Source of the DNA: Ginkgo biloba
Taxonomy: Eukaryota > Plantae > Ginkgophyta
Length of the DNA: 44,133 nt
Reading direction: 5' to 3'
Assembly (NCBI GenBank): GCA_024626585.2
Contig: JANKJI020000002.1
Coordinates: 266,775,084-266,819,216 of the forward strand
This document shows positions 12,711-25,080 of the stretch, one piece after another. The notes beneath the pieces are model-generated. The model worked only from the letters and a program-made list of their open reading frames with translations. It was not told the origin of the DNA and did no database searches. A program made the position numbers and the translations under genes. Positions within the stretch are counted from its first letter, which is position 1. Each line of letters begins with the position of its first letter.

Positions 12711-15123
12711 GTTTTGTTGTGTTGAACCCAAATGAAGGAGAAAGGGTATACAGACATGCACTGTAATGATCCCCGGAGAACAGCTAAATGAAAATCCAAG
12801 TCGGTTTCTGGGTTTCTGGGAACTACTTGCAATCGGTGCTTATAATGAATGTTGTATTTGTTATATCAAAGGCTAGGCAATGAAAGAAGATTTATTAGGA
12901 AGAATGGTAAACATAAAGATAGCCGGAGGGAGAATAAAAAGACATGAACTGACTTCTTGCAGAGTAAGAAGCAGAGATTCTGACAGGAGGGAAAGCAACA
13001 AACCCAACACCAGATACTGCTCAGATATCAAATGATGCACCCGCTTGGTGTTGGAGGATTTGATGNNNNNNNNNNNNNNNNNNNNNNNNNNNNNNNNNNN
13101 NNNNNNNNNNNNNNNNNNNNNNNNNNNNNNNNNNNNNNNNNNNNNNNNNNNNNNNNNNNNNNNNNNNNNNNNNNNNNNNNNNNNNNNNNNNNNNNNNNNN
13201 NNNNNNNNNNNNNNNNNNNNNNNNNNNNNNNNNNNNNNNNNNNNNNNNNNNNNNNNNNNNNNNNNNNNNNNNNNNNNNNNNNNNNNNNNNNNNNNNNNNN
13301 NNNNNNNNNNNNNNNNNNNNNNNNNNNNNNNNNNNNNNNNNNNNNNNNNNNNNNNNNNNNNNNNNNNNNNNNNNNNNNNNNNNNNNNNNNNNNNNNNNNN
13401 NNNNNNNNNNNNNNNNNNNNNNNNNNNNNNNNNNNNNNNNNNNNNNNNNNNNNNNNNNNNNNNNNNNNNNNNNNNNNNNNNNNNNNNNNNNNNNNNNNNN
13501 NNNNNNNNNNNNNNNNNNNNNNNNNNNNNNNNNNNNNNNNNNNNNNNNNNNNNNNNNNNNNNNNNNNNNNNNNNNNNNNNNNNNNNNNNNNNNNNNNNNN
13601 NNNNNNNNNNNNNNNNNNNNNNNNNNNNNNNNNNNNNNNNNNNNNNNNNNNNNNNNNNNNNNNNNNNNNNNNNNNNNNNNNNNNNNNNNNNNNNNNNNNN
13701 NNNNNNNNNNNNNNNNNNNNNNNNNNNNNNNNNNNNNNNNNNNNNNNNNNNNNTATGTGTTAAAGTCATATTATGGGCTATAAGAGCTACTTAGTTTGGC
13801 TTCCATACATCATGAGATTATTATCTCTAGATTCAAATTTAAGAACTAGTTAAAAAGCATATAGAGTGGAATAAATACACTAGAAATTATGATTTTATAA
13901 TTTCCTAAAAGACGAAGCATCAACCTCTTTACGATCACAGAAGTCACAAGTACAAAAAGGGAAAATATACAAACAAATATACAATTGAAAGAAGCTACTA
14001 ATTTGAGCTTCATTGCATGCATATTAATTCCAAAAATTAACTTGATGAAGATCGCACCAACATCCTAAAGACTATAATAGTGGCGTATTTACCCTAAAGG
14101 TCGTGAGTACAAAAAAGGTATGGAGAAAACACACGTAAAATTGCCAAAAAGGGGTATGGTGGAAGGTAGAGAATATTTGTATATTCAATTGACAAGTATC
14201 ATGTGTTATTTTCATAATCAACTTTTCCCAAGGAAAATCACAAGTAAGGTTTGGACTATAAAGAATGTCAAAATAGGATTATTGAATTTGTGCATGGAAA
14301 ATTAGTAAAATAAGCCTCAAAGGAAGTTGTTTTATTTTTTTTTCAAGTAATTTTTGGGATAAAAATGTTTCTTAAGATTTAATGAAGGGAGTATAAAGGA
14401 GGAGAGGGGAGATCGAAAGATCCAAAAGAAAAAGTTATGGTGATACTCCATAATCTAAGAAAAGGAAAGATGATATCCATACCATGTTTAGGAATTTTAA
14501 ACAATGCAAAATGAGAAATAAAAAATCCAATAGTAAACTATTATGTTATGCACCCATGTGAAGGATGTGGACTTCTTTTATAGACTCAAGAAAGGGACCC
14601 ATCTTAAAGCTCGTGTTGAGCCTTGAAATAATAAATTCTACTACATCCACCTTTTTTTTTAAATCCCAATAGTTAATTATGTTTTAATCTTTTCACCCTT
14701 GAATGAGATGTAAAACAAATGCATCATTATATTAAATCCAAATTATTAATTATTTAATAAGAGCTACCAATGAAATGTGCCTCGCCTTTATATACATGTG
14801 TGTACATAGACACAAAAGTATACACCCTTACCAAATAACTCCCCCAAAATATTATTTTGTTAAAACTTTGGTAACACTTTAATATTATTCTGATCTAGTA
14901 ATAGTTGATATTGGGTCAATTTCAATTAAGTTGCAAGTTAATAATAATTAAGTATGGGTTTAATTAATTAATTTTTTTTCTTATTAGGACTAATAAATAG
15001 TTTATTATTAGTACTAATCATATATTTAGGTTGAATTGGTGTATATTTAAGATGGATGGATGACTTTTTTTTCTTCTTAAAGTCTTATTTTATGTGTAAT
15101 ACTATGTGTGTGTGCACGTGTGC

Positions 15124-16547
15124 TGTTACATATAAGAGTAAGATCTGAATTACATATAAGAGTAAGATCCCAGTTACATATAAGAGTAAGATCCCATTTA
15201 TCTACCAACTGACCTCCCATACAAACCTCTATGGTGGATTGTTATCACCTAAATCATACCCTTGGTTATACACTATTGCTTTAGGAGATTTTTGGGTTTT
15301 TCTTTTGTACATTTAGAGCCTCAATATGCATTCTCATTACATTTTGCACACAACATTATTCGTGAATATGGTATTTACATCATGTTAATTCATTTTTACA
15401 TCATATAATATGATATTGCTTCATTCATAGCTCATATTTTATGTGCACACATGGTTTATACATAATTTATATGTACTTGCCTTATGATCCTCTATATAGA
15501 CTTACATTGCATGATATTATGTGGCATGCTTGCATCACATTTTGTCTCATGGGCTTCTTTATTTAGTTGGACATGGATCAAGGCTATGTTGTTGTGCTTT
15601 ATAGGTTTATGATATGTTATCTTGAATGTATTCATTACTTTCTTGAATGTATTGATTACTTCTCTTATTCTACCATTGGTTATGGGAGAAATGTGATACC
15701 ATTCTTGCATTACTATAAGCTTATGATCCCATATGAGCTTATCTTAAACTATGAGACATACCTTTGTGGAAGATCATATGTTTCCTCTATGATTAAGGTC
15801 ATGAGGATAATTCATCATAATAAAATGGTAATTTTGAAGTGTAAAATCATCTTAAATCATTGATCATTATTATCATCTTATTAAAGGAAGTATCTCAAGT
15901 ATTGATAGTGTGTTCACTTTATGTATCTACTTCCTTGATAATAAGTACACTTATAAGACTATAGAAAGATATTTGTCCATTGAGATTTATGTTTAGGGTT
16001 TGGTATACCACATGATCATTGAGGTTATGTCCATCATCATTTCATATGTAATTTCCCTCGTCATAATCAAGGATTACTACCATTAATCATAATTACTTCT
16101 TACATGGGATCTTCTTAAAGGGAGAGGAAAATTAGAACATTCATTCATTGAGATAGCCCTTACTTGGTAAGAGATTTTATGTTACTATATTACTCCATTT
16201 ATTAATTAATCAAAATTTCATATTAAACTCTGACATTTCATTTCCTTCCATATTGCTTCTTAGGTTCGAGGTTTCATTTACATGAATGTATATGATATGT
16301 TAACCCTAACATTATTTATCTAGCACATTTTCCTTATATTTTCTAGTGTTATACACATTTGTAGGATNNNNNNNNNNNNNNTCAAACTTGGAGCACTCAG
16401 GAGGACCTTTCAAGAGGAGTTGAGAATAATATACATTAATTTCATTATTTTAGAAACCCTATAAAGGCTCATTTGGTGCCATACATTTATCCTTTCATTC
16501 CTAAGTGTCACTTGAATATACTATATAATTGGTGAGCATAGTGGGGA
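15124..16547 (+). mobile_element. Probable long LTR (~1.4 kb) with Tat/Ogre-type PBS
   Basis: Starts TGTTAC and is followed at 16530-16547 by TGGTGAGCATAGTGGGGA, resembling a decayed TGGCG..TGGGG PBS of Tat/Ogre gypsy lineages. A long AT-rich leader follows. Confidence 0.5.
15126..15193. repeat. 3 x 24-bp tandem repeat
   Basis: TTACATATAAGAGTAAGATC is identical at 15126, 15150 and 15174. Confidence 0.95.
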
Positions 16548-19456
16548 GTTCATTTGTCTATATTATATGTTAATGGATTTAGTTTACCCATCTACACTTA
16601 AGTAATATTAAACTCATAATATATCTGATGACCATCCTTTGCCTTGATCACCCATTTCTATTTTCACTTATCTTATTAAAATCCTCACTAAATTTTTCCT
16701 TAGTTCAACCTATCTATTTAGCCTTGTAGTCATATCATAGTTTCTATAATAAATTTTTAAGTTTTGGATTTTGCCCTTCCATGTAATCAATTTTTTTGCC
16801 TCTCTCATATATTTTCCTATTTAATGAAATATATTTTTCTATGCATGCAACTCATTTTCTTACATATATAATGCATTTTTTATTTATATGTGGCATCTAC
16901 ATGCAACACATTTTCATGCATCTACTTAGTATTTTTTTCATAATTTTTGTAAAAATTATGCACATGTTTTTGCTTGTATTCAGTTGGGATTTATACATAT
17001 ATTTTAGCATATTTCACTATTTTTTCATTATTTTATTTTAAGCCTTATTTTTGTTTAAGTAATTTTATTTTTAACAAAATCATTTATGTATGAGTTAAGC
17101 TACACACATATTGGGCACATCTAAAACCTGATAAATAAGCATGAAAATTTTAATGTAAGGAAATTAACAATATCATTTTTCTTTTTCTAAGCATACTAAC
17201 ATTGTAAAGGTGATAATTATTCCTTAAACCGTCCCACTCTTAAAACCATTCTAAGACATAGAATTATAGGCTAGATTATGATTTGGATGGGAGCCTTTTC
17301 ATGCCTTCATTTTTAAGGTAGGAAATCTATAATTTGTAGACTTGCGTTGGGAGAACCCTTTTTGGATTAAGATCTAAGTCACTTAAGGATACTTTCTTCA
17401 GACTAAAAGACCTCCCCCCTAAATTAATTTTCAAAGCATAGAACATTAAGTCATTTTTTTTACTTTTCCTCCTTGCGTGCTGGATTTCCTAACTAAGGCC
17501 TTTATTTTTGCTTAAAGGAGTAGTGGGAGGTGATATTCTATGCTTTTGTCTAAGCTTCCTTAAGGCCTTCCCACCTTGAAAGGAAGGGAGAAGTGGTGTA
17601 CCTTACCTCTCATAGGTCTTTTCACTCTTGAATCTAGCCAAGCCATGTGTTACTTATAAGGTTAGTCCTCATGTATATTGCACATGCACTCTAAATTTAA
17701 CATATATCAATTTAAAAAAAATAAAGTTCTAAATAGACCTATACTATTGCATGATTGATGTCTAAATTACTTTTTAGTTTATCTTTTTATTTTATTTTCT
17801 AGATTATATCTTTTTACAGGTTAAAATTGTTAAGATTTTTTAAGTTTGTCCTTCAATTATCTATGTAGTATATTTTCCTAAGAGCATGTAATTTCATATA
17901 GTGATTTTTCTATTTATGCAATGCATTTTCCTATTGATATAATCATTTTTTGTTTGTTGCATAATGCCTTTTCCTAACAATTATTTAGACAACTTCCTTT
18001 ATTTTTACTATAAAATTTCTATGCCCAATTAGAATATTACCTATTCTTATTTGAAAATAGATACCCCACACATATTTAGGACCTCCTACATACTTTTATA
18101 GTTATCTCAAGGGTCTTTCCCATATAGGCAACCTAGAATAAATTATGTAAAGCTTAATTATGGCTTGACATCATAATAACACCAATAGACCATAAATATG
18201 ACTTCAACAACAAGCATTCACCAATAACTACACCAATGGATATTGGTCGTGTAACTACACCAATATCTACTATTGGTAGAAAGTAGCATGGGCATCTATT
18301 TGGATATATTTGGAAAATAACCAACTATCAATAAGCCCAAACAATAAATGCAAGGGCTAAAACAGTGCCTCATATAGAGGCACCTTTGACCAAGGCTTCT
18401 AGAATTCCCTAGGTCTCTGTGTAGAGCCAAACTACCCTAGGTCAAGTCGCTAGGGTTTTTGCAATTAGAGTAGGAAATAATTTCAAAATTATAGAGCAAC
18501 AAGCATGCTGAAAATTAAAAGCATTATTGTAGCACTACAACCATCAAACAAACCATAAAACACTTATGACTAAGAGAGCCCTACTCTCAAGGTTCTAATC
18601 CACCCAATAGCTAGGGTTAGAACCCTATAGACGGATAGTTCTAAACAAAAAACTAATTCTATACTACTACTGAAGAAAATAGTCCATAGAACTATTCTGG
18701 AATAGTAAAATAAAGAAGTTTGAGTAAGAATTATTTATATAGAGAGAAACTTAGCTGGAGGAAATGAATAAGGGTGCCTTCCAGAAAGTCAAGGAGTTGT
18801 AGAACGTTATTCTGACCTTCTCAAGTGTAGCGACTAACTTACAAATCAAATTTGGGTGCTTTGTTGGTTTAAAAGAGGATTGTTGGGCCTCCAAAAGAGG
18901 TGTGACTTACTAGTAAGGTTCGTTGAGCCTCCTAGAGCCCTAAAACCAGGTTCTAAATGGTGTAATGAAGTCACCCTCCAACAAAGTGAAGATTTGACCA
19001 ATAATTATGGATAGGAAGGTACGAAAATACCACAAAAGGAATATCTCTCAGCTCCAAGCATGTAGGAAATCAGTAGTGCCGTGTAACAGTGACTCCTATA
19101 GAGAGAGAATATAAGCATCCAAACAGAAAGTACTCCAGCAAAACAAGATGCCTTAGCAGAATGATATCATGAGTGTGTTTTAGGGGTATCCAAACCAAGA
19201 ACGGCACACTTCACCACATAAGGGTCTAGCTTACCCTTGAAGCTGCCTAATACCTCCAGGGACCCTTATTGGTTATCTCGTTGACTGATTTTATTCCAAG
19301 AGGGGAGACACCCTTAACTGGGACATCTCCCGAGGTAATTTCCTCTATCCTTTCTCTCTCACTATAACCTCATGTGGAGTGCTTACCATTAATTGAAGAA
19401 TACATGCACTAGCCTCCAAAGGCAACCTGAGTTTGGGCGCGTTTCTTGGGACAAGG

Positions 19457-19830
19457 TTAACAAGGATTTTCTTGTTTGTAACAATTTTGTGGACCATTTA
19501 AAATATCGAAAAAGATCAATGAAGCTGCATAAAGATTGAAATGCCTTAACATATCAAGATTCATCTTGTTTTTCATGTCATCTTTTTGAAGTAAGCCTTG
19601 TTTAGATTTGATAACCACTTTCCACCTTATGTTAATGTTCAAGAAGTGGATTCAAATGAGCATGAACCAGAGGGTGCCTTGGATATTCGAGTAAGAAAAC
19701 TTCAAAACAAAAGTATAACAGAGCACTTGGTTTGCTGGACGTATAGTCCCATTGAGGAGGCCACATGGAAAACTGACTAATTTTGCAAGCCATTTATCCT
19801 CATTGAGGACAATGATTCTCAAAAAATGAA
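19457..19830 (+). mobile_element. Chromovirus gypsy integrase C-terminus (GPF motif + chromodomain), degenerate
   Basis: 'QFCGPFKISKKINEAA*RL..IHLVFHV..' then 'EPEGALDIRVRKLQNKSITEHLVCWTYSPIEEATWK'. Confidence 0.88.
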
Positions 19831-22108
19831 ATGTAAATGTATTACTGTCCACTAGTGAACAAGAAGCGGTCAATGGGATTGTTAAAATGTGTATCCANNN
19901 NNNNNNNNNNNNNNNNNNNNNNNNNNNNNNNNNNNNNNNNNNNNNNNNNNNNNNNNNNNNNNNNNNNNNNNNNNNNNNNNNNNNNNNNNNNNNNNNNNNN
20001 NNNNNNNNNNNNNNNNNNNNNNNNNNNNNNNNNNNNNNNNNNNNNNNNNNNNNNNNNNNNNNNNNNNNNNNNNNNNNNNNNNNNNNNNNNNNNNNNNNNN
20101 NNNNNNNNNNNNNNNNNNNNNNNNNNNNNNNNNNNNNNNNNNNNNNNNNNNNNNNNNNNNNNNNNNNNNNNNNNNNNNNNNNNNNNNNNNNNNNNNNNNN
20201 NNNNNNNNNNNNNNNNNNNNNNNNNNNNNNNNNNNNNNNNNNNNNNNNNNNNNNNNNNNNNNNNNNNNNNNNNNNNNNNNNNNNNNNNNNNNNNNNNNNN
20301 NNNNNNNNNNNNNNNNNNNNNNNNNNNNNNNNNNNNNNNNNNNNNNNNNNNNNNNNNNNNNNNNNNNNNNNNNNNNNNNNNNNNNNNNNNNNNNNNNNNN
20401 NNNNNNNNNATTAAATAACTTTACCATGTTAGTTATTGGATTAGATTGTGTTGTATTATTTGAGAATGAGATAGCCTTTAAATAATAAGTCTGTGAAAAA
20501 CGTGTTGTTAAGAGTACTAAACAATGGGCATTTAAGGAAAATTGGTATCTTGGAAGGGTACAAAGAATTCCAAAAAGGACAAAAATAGATTGTTTAAGTA
20601 TTATTTGCCTATTAGGTATAAATGTTTACTTATCACTTAACAAATGCATAATTTATATTGATTGAGGTAATAATTGCAATAACCACTTTAACTTATCTTC
20701 CTAGAGAGGATAAGTATTAATTAGAAGAAAATAATCTTAGAATATTAAANNNNNNNNNNNNNNNNNNNNNNNNNNNNNNNNNNNNNNNNNNNNNNNNNNN
20801 NNNNNNNNNNNNNNNNNNNTTAATGTTATAATTTTTCCATTACAAATATATATAAATTCTAACAATTCTTTGTATATTTTAGGTAAATGAATTTGAGAAC
20901 CTTATGAAAGATGAATTTTAACAAGTGAATATTGCATGTTTTATAAGTATGTTAAAATTTTAAAGCCTTGTGGAAAAAAGTAAATGAAAATTTTAGATCT
21001 ATGCTTTTTATAAGTAATGTTATATCTTTGAAATTTTATAGGAAGTTTGATGCATTTGTATTTCAATAAGCCTTGTACTAGGTATCGAGGCATTACTTGT
21101 TAATCCTTTGTGACCTAAATTGGCTTCATTACTTTTCTTATTATTAGAGTTTATGAACTTGCCTTGTATTAATGAAATGTGAGAATCACAAGAGCAAACA
21201 ATGGATCCATATAGAATAAACCATATAAAACTAAGCACTACATGATAGGCCTAATAAGTGAATGCATGAGGAAAGCATGTGAAGTGTAGTTACATTTATG
21301 TATATAGTCTATTATCTTAAATAGAGTCATTTTTTAGCTTCTACCTAAGAAATGTCACCTTCTTCAATCTGCAAGTTAACAATAAAATTAATTTTTAATT
21401 CTTACATTTATTCCCATCTATGTATGTTATTTTAAAGCACTGACGAATGACCAACCCATTAAGGCACATACATCCCACCAATAATCCTTAAGAGGGAGCT
21501 AGATGCAAGACCTTTTGGACGATTTTACTTTATTCAAAGTTTATCTTCATGCATTTCATAATGAAACACCATTTTATCTATGAAATATATTTATTTTTAG
21601 TGATAAGCACATTATTACACACTTAGGTCACCAATACCATTAGAACTCTTAACTGGAGTTTTTAGGTCACCAACTTAGGTTTTTATACATAGCATGTTCT
21701 TGTAGGCCCTTTTTCTCTTAATATTCTCCTAACTAATGCCATATCCATTCTCTTTCCCCCATATATTAGAATTTTTATTCTACTATCTTAAGGCTTAAGA
21801 GAGCTTAATTTCTCTTCTTTTTTAATTTCCNNNNNNNNNNNNNNNNNNNNNNNNNNNNNNNNNNNNNNNNNNNNNNNNNNNNNNNNNNNNNNNNNNNNNN
21901 NNNNNNNNNNNNNNNNNNNNNNNNNNNNNNCATGCTAGTTAAGTTAGTAAATTCTTCCTTGTGTGTGCTTTGTGATTGTTGCCCTAATCCTCTATTAAAC
22001 CCTAGGTCTTGATTGAATGGTGACATAGGTATGAAGTGGATGTCCATTGGGGGATATTGGGCCTAGTTATTTTTGTGTTTTATGGGGTCTTTGCAACACC
22101 CAGCAATA

Positions 22109-22339
22109 GGGTTGAAATGTTCCTAGTGTTTTGGTATGGCTATCGGGTTAAAAAGATACCCATTAAATTGTTAGCCATATGGGTTGAAAGATACCCAGGA
22201 TTTATGGTTACTCTGTAAATTATTAGTTACCAATGGATTGAAAGGATATCCACACATAAGGTACTAAAAGTTAATACCAATAAATATTTCTAGCTAAGGT
22301 TTAGTTCTTTGGGTGCCAAAAAGGGGTTGAAATGATACC
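22109..22339. repeat. Five dispersed copies of a GGGTTGAAA(N)GATACCC-like motif
   Basis: Copies start at 22109, 22145, 22181, 22235 and 22324. Confidence 0.65.
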
Positions 22340-23632
22340 TAAGACCCAATACCATTGTTGGTGTTGGGTGAAAGGGTGGAATCTAGTGGCTTGGTCATAG
22401 TTGCTAGGTGTTGGTGGTTGCATGAAGATGCAACCGGATGTTTGGTTTTCAATGCAATAAGCCCTTAAGGTTGTCCTCAAGGATAACAATGGATGTTGTT
22501 ACCCTTATGTCACTATCCTATAGACTCGCGGCCCTATCTATTTACCTTGTTGTATGTGACAGATTATATTATGTACAAAAATGCTCTATGTATGTATGCA
22601 TGTTGGAGCATTGCCATCTTGCAGGTACAGATGGCAGAGCTGTTAAAAAATGGTTTCATGTATCATAAAGAAAGTAGTACCTAATTTCTATAATTACTGT
22701 TTATTTTGTTGAGTAGTAGAATGTATTTTTTTATTCAACATTTGCAGTTTGATTTAAATTTACCTCTTTCATTTGGTAGCTATAGTACTATTCTCTATCG
22801 TCAATTACATAAACTTGTATCCAAATAACTCATTAATAAACCATTAGAATTAACTTAAGAACTATATATGTGTACTTGGAGTAGGTTACTCTAAGATCCA
22901 TCTACCCTTACACTACCCTACTAATACATATGTTCTTAGCACATGCTAGCTCATATACAATAGCATCAATGTGGTGCACACCTTCATAAGGCATAACATT
23001 AAGGAGACTCGCCCTTAATATTACATTCAAATGTTGTTAAAGTGTGTTCTAATTTTCATCATAATCTATTATAACTTAATGATTATTTTATACACCATGC
23101 ATATTCATATATAGAGTATTAAATTACTTTTGTTAAAACTAATATGGACTATATAGTAAGGAATGCTAGTATCCTCTCATGAGAAAATTCAACATAGGGT
23201 GGGTAGAAGACAATATTAATTTTAATTACAAACTTCCATTAAAATTAGTAGGATAAATTCCATGTATAATAAGCAATTATGTTTATGTTGTAGTTACCTA
23301 GGATATATTATATTATGTGTAATATACATTTGAATATTCTATAGTGATTAATTGATTAACTCCTTTTTACCTAATACGTATCATACTTTTTGGTGTAATC
23401 ACAACTTTATGGTTAGTATTACCTACTCCATTATGATATTTTGTTGCATATTTATGATATATGTCTTAGAAAAAGGCCTTTAAACAACCATCCCTTTGAA
23501 TAACTAACGACACTTACACTTATTCCTTCCACTTACTTGAGTTAATGTATTAAGAAAAATCCTCAAATGATGAACTATTAAAATCCACTTAACATATAGG
23601 ATTTGGATATAACTTCACTTGTAATAAGATTG

Positions 23633-23818
23633 TAACTAATTTATGATCACATATTTAGTGGGCAATCTTTAATTAGCTTAAATTATTTAGTTAATTATAG
23701 TTTGTAATTGCATCTTTAGTAGTAATCTTTGATTAGATTTGATTATGGAGTTAACTATAATTTATGATTGCATAATTAGTGGGCAATCCTTTATTAACTT
23801 AGATTCAAGAGCTAACTC
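23633..23818. repeat. 3 x ~60-bp degenerate tandem repeat
   Basis: The unit TAACTA..TTTATGAT..CAT..TTAGTGGGCAATC..ATTA..TT..ATT..AG is repeated three times; the middle copy is the most diverged. Confidence 0.75.
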
Positions 23819-24699
23819 CAATAGTAGATAAAGTTTGAGACTCTATTTAAGTAATATGATTAATGGAGCAAGATTGTTCTTTTATTGCATATATAATTTA
23901 TGTTTACTTTTTGTAATACAAGTATAAAATTCTCTTATTAAGAATGCTTGAGTGTGTTTTTCTTAGTTTCTTTGTAAACACAATTATTATTTTTTTCAAT
24001 GTATATTTCATTGGGAGTCACTCTACAGAAGCATTGTCTTAATTTTTAAGTGGAAATCATCCTAAAGCAATCCATGGAAGCCACACATTTCAAATTGACA
24101 TGTTAGAATCCATTGGAATAAAGCATATATTTGATGCAACAAAAAATATTCATTTTTTCTCTAGTACATCCAATAAGACTTGTCTTCGGTTCAATTTTAT
24201 ATGCAAGTTCAAAAACATCTAAGTTTTAAGTTTCTACCATTTTAGTTGATTGAAGACACTCCCACACAATCTAATTAGAACTACACTATCCCATAGCAAC
24301 AATGCCCATTGAAGCTCAAACTTGTTCTAAAAGATGTGTTTTTCATTAATTTTATAGATATATAAATTTTAAGGCATCTATAGTCCATATGGTCTAGTTA
24401 CAACCGTTTTACTAACAATATATATAATTTTTTTATATATTGTCCAACGCTAAAACTTACATAATATTTTAACGTTTTCTTCGTTTCAACTTGAGTAAGA
24501 TCTATCTATATCCATATATAAAAGATTTTCACTATAATGCGAAGAATTTCATATTAGAAAGTATTAATGGCAATGAAGATGAGGCCATGGATAAGGGCTT
24601 AGATTTAACAAATAAGTAGTAATGAGGTCAACGTTTCATGTGTCTAAACGTATAGCCTAAGAGGTTCTTTCATAGGGATTACCTACAAAAGTGATGGCT

Positions 24700-25080
24700 A
24701 ATCTAACGGTTTAAAAAACTTAATTGACCATGGAATGAAATTTTAAAAGATTTTTAGGGCTTTAGTGATTAAGAGCCGACTGGTTCGCCATGGCGAAGTC
24801 ACTCTGCACTTCCACTCTGNNNNNNNNNNNNNNNNNNNNNNNNNNNNTTGCCGTGTACATTGTCTTAGTGCTCTGCCGTTGGCAATGCCTTCACTACGTC
24901 CCCCATGATCGAGTACTGAATTCAAACCTATTCTTTTAATTATTTTTTCTATCCCTCCTTCAGACCGTTGGCTCTATCAACATTTGAACCAGTGCAGGGG
25001 TGGAAATTGGAATCAAGCCAAGCCCTGAAGGCAAGGCGCAGCAGTTGAAACAATTAAAGCGTATGGAGACGTCGGGGATG
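24700..25080. promoter_or_regulatory. CpG-retaining island with clustered cis-motifs (candidate regulatory module)
   Basis: About 12 CpGs in 24770-25080 against depleted flanks. TCTAACGGTT at 24702; CCGTTGGC twice (24876, 24965); GCCGAC 24775; palindrome TTCGCCATGGCGAA 24784-24797; GACGTC 25068. Confidence 0.4.

Noticed and set aside
12439-12735. Antisense ORFs over the glucanase exons (also 10288-10500)
   Set aside because: Shadow ORFs of the coding strand with no independent evidence.
12873-13794. Long ORFs spanning N runs (also at 19837-20485, 33444-33824 and others)
   Set aside because: Artefacts of assembly gaps translated as X.
22109-22339. CRISPR-like repeat-spacer appearance (also the 30-bp array at 37651)
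   Set aside because: Plant nuclear context, short degenerate repeats, irregular or absent spacers, no cas genes.
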